Assembly (NCBI GenBank): GCA_947624125.1
Contig: CANQIY010000001.1
Coordinates: forward strand, 1-33,466
DNA length: 33,466 bases
Direction of reading: 5' to 3'
Origin: an uncultured Bacilli bacterium
GTDB lineage: Bacteria; Bacillota_I; Bacilli_A; RF39; UBA660
Shown: in pieces, positions 17,008 to 25,764 of the stretch
Layout of the letters: every line of letters begins with the position of its first letter
Numbering within the stretch: the stretch's first letter is position 1
Translations under genes and position numbers: made by a program
The notes under the pieces: model-generated
The model's input: the letters and a program-made list of their open reading frames with translations, nothing else
Told to the model about the DNA's origin: nothing
Databases searched by the model: none

Positions 17008-18123
17008 ATGGATAGTAAAGCATTTATTAAAGCATTAGATACAATTGTAAAAGAAAAAAATATTAGTCCGGATGTTATTTTTGATGCCATGACGGTGGCC
17101 CTTCAAACTGCTTATAAGAAAAATTTTGATTCGAAAACAAATGTTAGAGTTGATATCAATAAAGAAACGGGAGAAATTAAAGTATTTTCTTATTTAGTTG
17201 TTGTTCCAGAAATTGATGAGGGAAGAGAAGAAATTGATGAAGAAGGAAATGTAGTTGAAATTCCTCCTAAAGTCAATATCGATGCGCAAATTTTATTAGA
17301 TGAAGCAAGAGAAATAAAGAAAGATGCCCAAATTGGAGATGTAATTGAAAAAGAAGTTACTCCTAAAGATTTTGGTCGTGTTGCAGCAGGGACAGCTAAA
17401 CAAGTTGTTACCCAAAAAATTAGAGAAGCTGAAAAAAATAGTATTATTGAAGAATTCCAAGATAAAGAATATGAAATTATGTTGGGTTTAGTAGCAATGG
17501 AAGACCAAAAAAATTATTATATTGATTTAGGTAGAACAAGAGGTATTCTTCCAAAATCCGAGATTATTCCTGGCGAAGAAATAAAAATGGGTTCAAATAT
17601 CAGAGTTTATATAACTAAAGTTGAAAATGGAACTAAGGGTCCTGTTATTATGACATCAAGAAAACATTATGGTTTTGTAAAAAGATTATTTGAGTCATTT
17701 ATCCCTGAACTTCAAAGTGGTGATATTGTCCTTTATGCTGTGGCAAGAGATGCTGGTAACAGAAGTAAAGTTGCTCTTTATTCAACAAATGAACGCATTG
17801 ATGCCATTGGTTCATGTATTGGGGAAAAAGGGAGTCGAATTGCAAGTATTTTAAAAGAATTAAATGGAGAAAAAATAGATTTAGTTTTATATGATGAAGA
17901 TATTACAAAATTTATTGCTAATGCTCTAAGTCCTGCCAAGAATGTTATTGTTAATATTACAAATCCAGAGAAAAAGGAAGCTTTAGCTATTGTTACCGAT
18001 GATAATTTATCACTTGCTATTGGGAAAAAGGGAAGCAATATTAGACTTGCAAGTAAACTTACCAAATATAAATTAGAAATTAAAACATTATCTCAAATTA
18101 ATGCTGAGGGCAATAAAGAATAG
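17008..18123 (+). CDS. nusA: Transcription termination/antitermination factor NusA
   Basis: It has the N-terminal domain, an S1 domain and two KH domains (IGEKGSRI, IGKKGSNI). The 371-aa length is typical of Firmicutes. Confidence 0.95.
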   Translation: MDSKAFIKALDTIVKEKNISPDVIFDAMTVALQTAYKKNFDSKTNVRVDINKETGEIKVFSYLVVVPEIDEGREEIDEEGNVVEIPPKVNIDAQILLDEAREIKKDAQIGDVIEKEVTPKDFGRVAAGTAKQVVTQKIREAEKNSIIEEFQDKEYEIMLGLVAMEDQKNYYIDLGRTRGILPKSEIIPGEEIKMGSNIRVYITKVENGTKGPVIMTSRKHYGFVKRLFESFIPELQSGDIVLYAVARDAGNRSKVALYSTNERIDAIGSCIGEKGSRIASILKELNGEKIDLVLYDEDITKFIANALSPAKNVIVNITNPEKKEALAIVTDDNLSLAIGKKGSNIRLASKLTKYKLEIKTLSQINAEGNKE

Positions 18124-18134
18124 AGGTGGGTATT

Positions 18135-18422
18135 TTGAAAGTAAAAAAAATACCAATGCGAACTTGTGTGGTTACAAAAGAAAAATTAGAAAAGAAAGAT
18201 TTAATTCGAATTGTAAGGACACCGGAAGGAAATGTTGAAATCGATTTAAATGGCAAAAAAAATGGGCGAGGAGCTTATTTAAAAAAATCTCGAGATGTCA
18301 TTTTAAAAGCCCAAAAGAGTCAAATTTTAAATCGTTATTTAGAAACAGAAATAAATGGTTCATTATATGAGGAATTATTAGAATTAGTAGAAACAAGAAA
18401 GGAGAAGGAAAATGAGTGTTAA
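18135..18422 (+). CDS. ylxR: YlxR/RnpM-family RNA-binding protein (DUF448)
   Basis: RTCVVTKEKLEKKDLIRIV…GRGAYL. TTG 18135 after GAGGTG gives MKVKKIPMRTCV, comparable to the B. subtilis YlxR N-terminus. The track starts at GTG 18126. Confidence 0.85.
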   Translation: MKVKKIPMRTCVVTKEKLEKKDLIRIVRTPEGNVEIDLNGKKNGRGAYLKKSRDVILKAQKSQILNRYLETEINGSLYEELLELVETRKEKENEC

Positions 18423-20517
18423 AGAATATGCCGAAAGTTTAAATTTATCGGTGGCAGAAGTATTAAAGAAATGTCGGGAATTAGGAATAAGTGCTAGTAA
18501 TGGTAGTGATACTCTAAGTGATGATGATGTCGTTATGTTAGACAATGTTTTAAATTTAATTAGTACTGATGATGATATAACATATGATGAAGATGAAATG
18601 GTTGAAAACATTGCCATGGGAATTATGGAAAGTAAAAATATTGTTGAAACTAATACTTCTAAGCGACAAAAATTAAAGAAAAAAGCTCAAATAAATGAAA
18701 ATAAAGAAAACTATAAAATTTTGAAAAAAGAAATGTATAAACATAAAGAAAAACTGATGAGTAATAATAATGTTCAAGACGATATAGTTTTATATAAAAA
18801 AGGAATGAGTGTTTCTGAATTAGCTAAAAGTTTAGATGTCAGTGGTACCGATATTATTAAAAAATTAATGTCTTTAGGTTTAATGTTAAATTTAAATGAC
18901 CCAATTGATTTTGATAATGCCGAAATTGTTGCTCTTGATTACAATAAAACTTTGAAAAAGGAAGAGACACAAGATTTAGCTAATTTTGAAGAATATGAAA
19001 TAATTGATAAAGAAGAAGATTTAAAAAGAAGACCACCAATTGTAACAATAATGGGGCATGTTGACCATGGTAAAACAACACTTTTAGACTATATTCGTAA
19101 AAGTCATGTTGTTGATAGTGAATTTGGGGGAATTACCCAACATATTGGAGCTTACCAAATCGACCATAATGGGGTAAAAATTACCTTTATTGATACCCCA
19201 GGTCATGCCGCTTTTACAGAAATGCGAGCAAGAGGAGCTGCAGTTACTGATATAGTTATTATCATTGTGGCGGCGGATGATGGGGTTATGCCCCAAACAA
19301 AAGAGGCAATCGACCATGCCAAAGTTGCTAATGTACCTATTATTGTTGCGATTAATAAAATTGATAAAAAAGATGCTAATCCAGAACGAATTTTAACCGA
19401 AATGACAGAATATGGTATTACTCCAGAAGCTTGGGGTGGTGATGTTCCATTTATAAATATCTCTGCGCATACTGGAGAAGGAATTGATAAATTATTAAAA
19501 ACAATTGAAACTATTGCGGAAATTAATGGTTATAAAGCTAATCCTAATCGTTATGCAACGGGAACTGTTATTGAATCTAAACTTGATAAAAATATTGGGG
19601 GTATTGCATCCTTTATTATTCAAAATGGAACTTTAAGAATTGGTGACCCGGTTGTAGTTGGGGAATATTTTGGTAAAATAAGAACCATGAAGAATGATTT
19701 AGGTGAATCAATTGTCGAAGCTGGTCCATCAATGCCTGTAGAGGTTACTGGTATATCTGATGAACCTGAAGCTGGAGATAAATTTATGGCCTTTGAAACC
19801 GAAGCTATAGCCAAAAGTATTGCTGAAAAAAGAAAAAATCTTAATGTTTCCAAATATAATAATGATGTCGTAAGTTTAGATGATTTATTTGAAAGATTAG
19901 AATCTGGCGAAAAAGAAGTCAATGTTATTTTAAAAGCTGATGTAAGAGGTAGTGAAGAAGCCGTTAAAAATGCTTTACAAAAAATTCATATTAAAGATGT
20001 GGTAGTTAAAGTTATCAGAAGTGGAATTGGAACAATTACGGAAAGTGATGTTATTTTAGCAAATGCTTCAAATGCTATTATTATTGGTTTTAATGTCGTT
20101 CCGGGTAGTAAAACAAAAGAAATAGCAAAAGAATATAATGTTGATATCCGTCTTTATACAATTATTTATAAATTAGTGGAAGAAATGGAACAAGCCATAA
20201 CCGGAATGTTAGCGCCTGAATTTGAAGAAAAAATTATGGGAACAGCGGAAATTAGAAAAATATTTAAATATTCAAAAATTGGTAATATTGCTGGTTGTTA
20301 TGTAACGGATGGCATTATTAAAAATAATGCAAGCGTTCGTTTAATTAGAGATGGAATTGTTGTAAAAGAAGATAAAATTTCTTCATTACAACGAGGTAAA
20401 GATGCCGTTAAAGAAATGAAAAAAGGATTTGAATGTGGTCTTACTTTAGAAGAATATAATGATATAAAAGAAGGCGATGTTCTCGAGGCCTTTGAATTAG
20501 TTGAGGTTAAAAGATGA
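18412..20517 (+). CDS. infB: Translation initiation factor IF-2
   Basis: GGAGAAGG SD. Overlaps ylxR by 11 nt. G-domain motifs present: [21 protein letters not shown]. Confidence 0.95.
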   Translation: MSVKEYAESLNLSVAEVLKKCRELGISASNGSDTLSDDDVVMLDNVLNLISTDDDITYDEDEMVENIAMGIMESKNIVETNTSKRQKLKKKAQINENKENYKILKKEMYKHKEKLMSNNNVQDDIVLYKKGMSVSELAKSLDVSGTDIIKKLMSLGLMLNLNDPIDFDNAEIVALDYNKTLKKEETQDLANFEEYEIIDKEEDLKRRPPIVTIMGHVDHGKTTLLDYIRKSHVVDSEFGGITQHIGAYQIDHNGVKITFIDTPGHAAFTEMRARGAAVTDIVIIIVAADDGVMPQTKEAIDHAKVANVPIIVAINKIDKKDANPERILTEMTEYGITPEAWGGDVPFINISAHTGEGIDKLLKTIETIAEINGYKANPNRYATGTVIESKLDKNIGGIASFIIQNGTLRIGDPVVVGEYFGKIRTMKNDLGESIVEAGPSMPVEVTGISDEPEAGDKFMAFETEAIAKSIAEKRKNLNVSKYNNDVVSLDDLFERLESGEKEVNVILKADVRGSEEAVKNALQKIHIKDVVVKVIRSGIGTITESDVILANASNAIIIGFNVVPGSKTKEIAKEYNVDIRLYTIIYKLVEEMEQAITGMLAPEFEEKIMGTAEIRKIFKYSKIGNIAGCYVTDGIIKNNASVRLIRDGIVVKEDKISSLQRGKDAVKEMKKGFECGLTLEEYNDIKEGDVLEAFELVEVKR

Positions 20518-20855
20518 GAAGTCATAAAGTCGAGCGCATCGCAAGTGATATGCTTAAATATTTAGGCAATATTCTTTTAACCGAAACTAATGATGAATTA
20601 ATGAAATCAATTACTTTAACAGATGTAGATGTAAGTAAAGATTTAAGTTATGCCAAAATATATTTTACCAGTATTAAAGATAGTAATCATAAAGATTTAG
20701 AAAAAGAAATGAATGAAGCAGCACCTTTTTTAAGAGGCAAGTTAGCTAAAGTGTTAGAAGTAAGAAATATTCCGGAATTAAAATTTATTTATGATGAAAC
20801 AATTGCTTATGCAACGAAAATAGAGAAAATTATTACTGATATTCATAATAATTAA
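20514..20855 (+). CDS. rbfA: Ribosome-binding factor A
   Basis: ATGA overlap with the infB stop. It is 113 aa with an RbfA-like KH pattern (…VDVSKDLSYAKIYFT…). Confidence 0.9.
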   Translation: MRSHKVERIASDMLKYLGNILLTETNDELMKSITLTDVDVSKDLSYAKIYFTSIKDSNHKDLEKEMNEAAPFLRGKLAKVLEVRNIPELKFIYDETIAYATKIEKIITDIHNN

Positions 20856-20864
20856 AAGGTAGTT

Positions 20865-21416
20865 ATGGAAAAAGTTGAGTTTATAGTAAAAGATTATAAG
20901 CAAATACTGGAAAAAGAAAAAGAAAAGATAATAAAAATTTTTGAAGAATATTATGAAGGTGTTTATGGCTTAGATTTATATGCATCATTAGAGCTTGTTA
21001 CGAATACTCACTTTAAGAATAAAATATTAAAAAATTTTATTAGTGAAAACTATAAAAGAAGTGAAAATATTCTTAATAAAATACAAAAAGATAATAATTA
21101 TCTTATCAATATAGTCATAAATGATATAATCATCGGGGCCATAAAAGTTAGTAAAGTTGAAAATGAATTATATATTCTTATAGCAATTAATAAAAAGCAA
21201 GATAATCGGAAAATTATTATTAGCGATACTATAAATTATATAATTTTCAATTTTAAAGGGCGAAAAATTAAAAGAATTTATTTAGAAATTCCATTAGATG
21301 ATATTGTCTTTTTAACGACAGCTTATCAAAAGGGATTTTTAGAAAGTGATGAAGATATTATTATTAGTCCTAGTAATAATAGTTATCTTCTTTATTATGA
21401 AATGGGTAGTATTTAA
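20865..21416 (+). CDS. Hypothetical 183-aa protein (possible degenerate GNAT-like fold) inserted between rbfA and truB
   Basis: It starts 9 nt after rbfA, and its stop overlaps the truB start (TAATG, 21414-21418). The C-terminal half (…LYILIAINKKQDNRKIIISDTINYIIF…IKRIYLEIPLDDIVFLTTAYQKGFLES) loosely follows GNAT beta4-alpha3…beta5-alpha4-GF topology but has no clear Q/RxxGxG/A motif. Confidence 0.5.
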   Translation: MEKVEFIVKDYKQILEKEKEKIIKIFEEYYEGVYGLDLYASLELVTNTHFKNKILKNFISENYKRSENILNKIQKDNNYLINIVINDIIIGAIKVSKVENELYILIAINKKQDNRKIIISDTINYIIFNFKGRKIKRIYLEIPLDDIVFLTTAYQKGFLESDEDIIISPSNNSYLLYYEMGSI

Positions 21417-22276
21417 TGAATAATTTTGTGTTAGTTATAAATAAAGAAAAAGATATGACTAGTAGAGAAGTAGTTTCTAAAGTAAGTAAAATATTTAATA
21501 TAAAGAAAATGGGGCATACCGGGACACTTGACCCAATAGCGAAAGGTGTTCTTGTTATTGTGAGTGGTAAATATACGAAATTAGCAGATTTAATAACAAG
21601 TAATGAGAAAGAATATATCGCCACAATTAAATTAGGAATTAAAACAGATACTTTAGATATAACTGGAAACATCATAGAAAGTGAAGAAACACGGAAGTTA
21701 GATACATTAGTAATTAAAGAAGTATTAGATAGTTTTAAAGGTAAATATGAACAAACAATACCTTTATATTCAGCAGTGCATGTTGCTGGTAAAAGATTAT
21801 ATGAATATGCCAGAAATAATGAAGAAGTAGTGTTACCAACTAAAGAAGTAATGATAAAAAGAATTGAATTTATAAGTTATGAAGATGAAACAATTAAATT
21901 TAGAGTATTAGTAAGCAAAGGAACATATATAAGAAGTTTAATTCAAAGTATATGTGAAAAATTAAAAATATTAGGAACAATGAGTGAGCTTATAAGAATT
22001 AAGCAAGGGATTTTTAAAATTGAAGATGCTTATACATTAGAAGATATAAAAAATAATAATTATAAATTATTAAAAATAGAAGATATATTAAAAGTTAAAG
22101 TATTAGAGGTAGATGAAAATAATCGAAAAAAAATATATAATGGAAATAAATTAGAAGATAATATTGATGGTTATGTATTATATAAAGAAAATAATGAAGA
22201 AATAGCTTTATATCAATTTAATAATAATGAAGGAAGATTAGTCATATTATTAAAAGATAATTTAGGAAATAACTAG
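21416..22276 (+). CDS. truB: tRNA pseudouridine-55 synthase TruB
   Basis: LVINKEKDMTSREVV…GHTGTLDPIAKGVL, including the catalytic Asp motif. Confidence 0.95.
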   Translation: MNNFVLVINKEKDMTSREVVSKVSKIFNIKKMGHTGTLDPIAKGVLVIVSGKYTKLADLITSNEKEYIATIKLGIKTDTLDITGNIIESEETRKLDTLVIKEVLDSFKGKYEQTIPLYSAVHVAGKRLYEYARNNEEVVLPTKEVMIKRIEFISYEDETIKFRVLVSKGTYIRSLIQSICEKLKILGTMSELIRIKQGIFKIEDAYTLEDIKNNNYKLLKIEDILKVKVLEVDENNRKKIYNGNKLEDNIDGYVLYKENNEEIALYQFNNNEGRLVILLKDNLGNN

Positions 22277-22297
22277 TAGTTAATTTAAAGATTTTTA

Positions 22298-22326
22298 TTT
22301 ACAATAAGAGAAATTTATAATATAAT
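22298..22326 (+). promoter_or_regulatory. Promoter for rpsO
   Basis: TTTACA (22298-22303), 17-nt spacer, TATAAT (22321-22326). It gives a leader of about 80 nt. Confidence 0.55.
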
Positions 22327-22411
22327 TATAGTGAAGTTTAATCTTAGATGAAAAAGTTTTCCGATTTTTTTCTCAGTTTAAACCGATTAAATAAATAGAA
22401 AGGAAAGAAAA

Positions 22412-22681
22412 ATGGCTTTAAGTAAAGAAGAAAAAGCAAAGATTATTAAAAAATTTGCTAAAAATGAAAAAGACTGTGGTTCTGCAGAAGTTCAAATTGC
22501 AATTTTAACCCATGAAATAAATGAGTTAACACGGCATATGCAAGAACACACACATGATTATCATTCTAAAAGAGGATTACTTATGAAAGTTGGTAGAAGA
22601 CGTAAATTACTTAATTATCTAAAAGAAAATGACGTTGTAAGTTATAGAGAGATAATCAAAAAATTAGATTTAAGAAAATAA
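22412..22681 (+). CDS. rpsO: 30S ribosomal protein S15
   Basis: 89 aa with …GSAEVQIAILTHEINELTRHMQEHTHDYHSKRGLL…. Confidence 0.97.
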   Translation: MALSKEEKAKIIKKFAKNEKDCGSAEVQIAILTHEINELTRHMQEHTHDYHSKRGLLMKVGRRRKLLNYLKENDVVSYREIIKKLDLRK

Positions 22682-22687
22682 TTCAAA

Positions 22688-22715
22688 GGGCACTTATTTT
22701 TAGTGTCTTTTTTTA
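22688..22715 (+). terminator. Intrinsic terminator/attenuator between rpsO and pnp
   Basis: GGCACT (22689-22694) / AGTGTC (22702-22707) with one G.U pair and loop TATTTTT, followed by T7. Confidence 0.65.
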
Positions 22716-22732
22716 TAGAAAAGAGGAATATG

Positions 22733-24910
22733 ATGAAAAGAACATTTGAATTAGATTTTTATGGTCGCAAAATAATTGTTGAACATGGTGAACTAGCAAA
22801 ACAAGCTCATGGAAGTATCTTAGTAAGAGTTAATGATACAGTTGTTTTAAGTACAGCAGTTGTTTCTAAAACAGCTAATTTATTATCCGATTTTTTCCCT
22901 TTAATGGTATTATATAATGAAAAATTATACTCAGTAGGAAAAATACCAGGAGGTTTTATTAAAAGAGAAGGAAGACCAACAGATAATGCTACATTAGCAG
23001 CAAGAATGATTGATAGACCAATGCGTCCTTTATTTCCTGAAGATTTTCGTAATGAAGTTCAAATTGTTAATACTATTTTAAGTGTTGACCAAGATAATGT
23101 TCCGGAACTTGCTGCTTTATTTGGTTCTAGTTTAGCTACATGCATTAGTAAAATACCTTTTAATGGTCCCGTTGCAGCGGTTAAAGTTGGCCGTATTGAT
23201 GGTAAATTTATTATAAATCCAACAGTTGAAGAAGCTGAAAAATCTGATATTGATTTAACAGTGGCTGGAACTAGTGATGCGATTAATATGGTGGAAGCTG
23301 GGGCTAAAGAAGTATTAGAAAGTGATATGTTAGAGGCTTTATTATTTGGTCATGAAGCTATAAAGAAATTAACAGAGTTCCAAAAAGAAATAATTAAAGA
23401 AATTGGGGAAGAAAAGATGGAGTACCCTCATCTTGAAATAAGTGATGATTTAAAAGAAACAATAAGAGATTTAATTGAAGATAAATTAGATAAAGCTCTA
23501 AGAATTAAAGATAAAAAAACAATGTATGAAACAATTGATAATATTAAAGAAGAATTATTAGAAAAATATAGAGTTGAAAATGAAACTCTTAAAGATGATG
23601 AACTTAATGAAATTTTAACAAAAGTAGCTTTAGTATTTGAAAGTATAGAATACAATGTGTTTAGAAGAATAGTAGTAGATGAGAAAATTAGAATTGATGG
23701 AAGAAAGATGGATGAAATAAGACCTCTTAGTGCCTCAATTGATATATTACCAAGAACACATGGTTCAGCTTTATTTACAAGAGGACAAACGCAAAGTTTA
23801 TCAATTACAACTTTAGGAGCTTTAGGGGAAAGTCAAATGTTAGATGGCCTTTCTATTGAAGAAGAAAAAAGATTTATGTTACATTATAATTTCCCACAAT
23901 TTAGTGTTGGCGAAACAGGTCGCTATGGTTCACCCGGTCGAAGAGAAATTGGCCATGGTGCTTTAGGAGAAAGAGCTTTATTACAAGTTATTCCTAGTGA
24001 AGAAGAATTCCCTTATACAATAAGAGTTGTATCCGAAATATTAGAAAGTAATGGTTCATCTAGTCAAGCAAGTATATGTGCTGGTTGTCTTTCTTTAATG
24101 GCTGCCGGTGTACCAATTAAAGCTCCAGTTGCTGGTATTGCGATGGGTTTAATTACGAATGAAGATAAATATACGATTTTAACAGATATCCAAGGTTTAG
24201 AAGACCATCTTGGTGACATGGATTTCAAAGTTGCTGGAACAAGAAAAGGTATTTGTGCTTTACAAATGGATATTAAAATAGATGGTGTCAATAGAAGTAT
24301 ATTAGAAGAAGCCTTAATGCAAGCCAAAAAAGCAAGAATGCAAATATTAGATTTATTTGAAACTGTTATTAAAGAGCCACGAAAAGAATTATCACCATAT
24401 GCTCCAAAAATTGAAACATTTAATATTGACCCAGAAAAAATAAAAGATGTTATTGGTCGTGGTGGAGAAATGATTACCAAAATTATTTTAGAAGCAAGTA
24501 ATGTAAAATCTGTTAATGATAAAGAAGCTGTTAAAGTTGATTTAGAAGATGATGGAAGAGTTATTATCTATCATCATGATGAAAACATTATTAAAAAGAC
24601 AAAAGAAATGATTGAAAGTGTTGTAAGAGAAGTTGAAACAGGAAAAATATATACTGGTAAAGTTGTCAAAGTTGAAGATTTTGGTTGCTTTGTCGAATTA
24701 TGGCCAGGTTGTGAAGGTTTAGTCCATGTTTCTCAATTAGATTACAAACGAGTTAATAAACCTAGCGATGTTGTTAAAGTAGGTGATGAAATAATAGTTA
24801 AATCACAAGGATATGATAATAGAGGAAGACTTAATTTATCTAGAAAAGAAGCCTTACCTAAACCACAAGATACAAATAACAATAATAAACAAGATGATAA
24901 AGAAATATAA
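22733..24910 (+). CDS. pnp: Polyribonucleotide nucleotidyltransferase (PNPase)
   Basis: ATG 22733 (or 22730) follows AAGAGGA; the track starts at GTG 22703, inside the terminator. It has two RNase PH domains, a KH domain (IGRGGEMI) and an S1 domain ([15 protein letters not shown]). Confidence 0.95.
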   Translation: MKRTFELDFYGRKIIVEHGELAKQAHGSILVRVNDTVVLSTAVVSKTANLLSDFFPLMVLYNEKLYSVGKIPGGFIKREGRPTDNATLAARMIDRPMRPLFPEDFRNEVQIVNTILSVDQDNVPELAALFGSSLATCISKIPFNGPVAAVKVGRIDGKFIINPTVEEAEKSDIDLTVAGTSDAINMVEAGAKEVLESDMLEALLFGHEAIKKLTEFQKEIIKEIGEEKMEYPHLEISDDLKETIRDLIEDKLDKALRIKDKKTMYETIDNIKEELLEKYRVENETLKDDELNEILTKVALVFESIEYNVFRRIVVDEKIRIDGRKMDEIRPLSASIDILPRTHGSALFTRGQTQSLSITTLGALGESQMLDGLSIEEEKRFMLHYNFPQFSVGETGRYGSPGRREIGHGALGERALLQVIPSEEEFPYTIRVVSEILESNGSSSQASICAGCLSLMAAGVPIKAPVAGIAMGLITNEDKYTILTDIQGLEDHLGDMDFKVAGTRKGICALQMDIKIDGVNRSILEEALMQAKKARMQILDLFETVIKEPRKELSPYAPKIETFNIDPEKIKDVIGRGGEMITKIILEASNVKSVNDKEAVKVDLEDDGRVIIYHHDENIIKKTKEMIESVVREVETGKIYTGKVVKVEDFGCFVELWPGCEGLVHVSQLDYKRVNKPSDVVKVGDEIIVKSQGYDNRGRLNLSRKEALPKPQDTNNNNKQDDKEI

Positions 24911-24933
24911 TTAAAGTGAAGGAGTAATGAAGT

Positions 24934-25668
24934 ATGATAGTTTTAATTATTTTAATTGTTGTCATTATATTTATGTCTATTAAACAAATAAATGAATATG
25001 AAAGAGGGGTTAAATTTAGATTTGGTAAATTTTGTAAAGTTTTAGAACCCGGTTGGAAAATCGTTTTACCAATTGTTGAATCATATCGCAAAGTTGATAT
25101 AAGAACTAAAGCTGTTGATGTTCCGAGCCAAGAAGCAATTACCAAAGATAATGTATCAGTTCAAATAAATGCTGTAATATATTACAAATTATTTGATGCT
25201 TCTAAAGCAATATTAGCAGTTGAAGATTTTTATTATGCAGTTGGTCAACTTGCGCAAACAACGATGCGAAATGTTGTTGGTTCTGTATCTCTTGATGAAT
25301 TATTAGCTGAAAGAGATAAAATTAGTACTGAAATTTGTAAAATAATTGATGCTGCGACAGACCCATGGGGTATAAAAGTAGAAAATGTCGAATTAAAAGA
25401 TGTATCTTTACCAGAAGATATGAAAAGAGTTTTAGCAATTGCTGCCGAAGCTGAAAGAGAAAAACTTGCTGTTGTTACTAAAGCTCAAGGTGAGTTAGAA
25501 GCTTCAAATAATTTATCTAAAGCAGCTGAGGTAATGTCTAAAACTCCGGGAGCTCTTCATTTAAGAACATTATCAACATTAAGTGATATTAGTAGTGATA
25601 AATCTAATACAGTAGTATTCTGTTTACCAGTTGAAATATTAGATGCCTTAAATAGAAATAAGAAATAA
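24934..25668 (+). CDS. SPFH/band-7 (stomatin-like) membrane protein
   Basis: GAAGGAG SD. It has an N-terminal TM, then INEYERGVKFRFGKF…VDIR…QEAITKDNV…, a coiled coil (AEAEREK) and a stomatin-type C-terminus. Confidence 0.9.
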   Translation: MIVLIILIVVIIFMSIKQINEYERGVKFRFGKFCKVLEPGWKIVLPIVESYRKVDIRTKAVDVPSQEAITKDNVSVQINAVIYYKLFDASKAILAVEDFYYAVGQLAQTTMRNVVGSVSLDELLAERDKISTEICKIIDAATDPWGIKVENVELKDVSLPEDMKRVLAIAAEAEREKLAVVTKAQGELEASNNLSKAAEVMSKTPGALHLRTLSTLSDISSDKSNTVVFCLPVEILDALNRNKK

Positions 25669-25671
25669 TTT

Positions 25672-25697
25672 AAAGTTGCAAATTAGCAACTTTTTTT
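25672..25697 (+). terminator. Intrinsic terminator after the SPFH gene
   Basis: AAAGTTGC (25672-25679) / GCAACTTT (25686-25693) with loop AAATTA and T7. Confidence 0.8.
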
Positions 25698-25707
25698 CTT
25701 GCAAAAC

Positions 25708-25734
25708 TTGACTCCGGGGGGGGTATTATATAAT
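25708..25734 (+). promoter_or_regulatory. Promoter-like element whose spacer is a CC-G8 homopolymer
   Basis: TTGACT (25708-25713), then CC + G8 (25716-25723) + TATTA, then TATAAT (25729-25734). The spacer is 15 nt as sequenced. Confidence 0.45.
25716..25723. repeat. G8 homopolymer tract
   Basis: An uninterrupted GGGGGGGG in an AT-rich intergenic region. The longest other G or C runs I found in the window are 5 nt, all inside Gly codons. Confidence 0.95.
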
Positions 25735-25764
25735 AACAAATATAAAATAAAGGGAGAAAAAGTA

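Noticed and set aside
24934-25668. An SPFH/NfeD pair or a flotillin operon as a membrane-microdomain system.
   Set aside because: No NfeD-like gene follows: a strong terminator comes directly after the SPFH gene, and the next ORF has no NfeD OB-fold or protease features. A lone stomatin-like gene is common and unremarkable.
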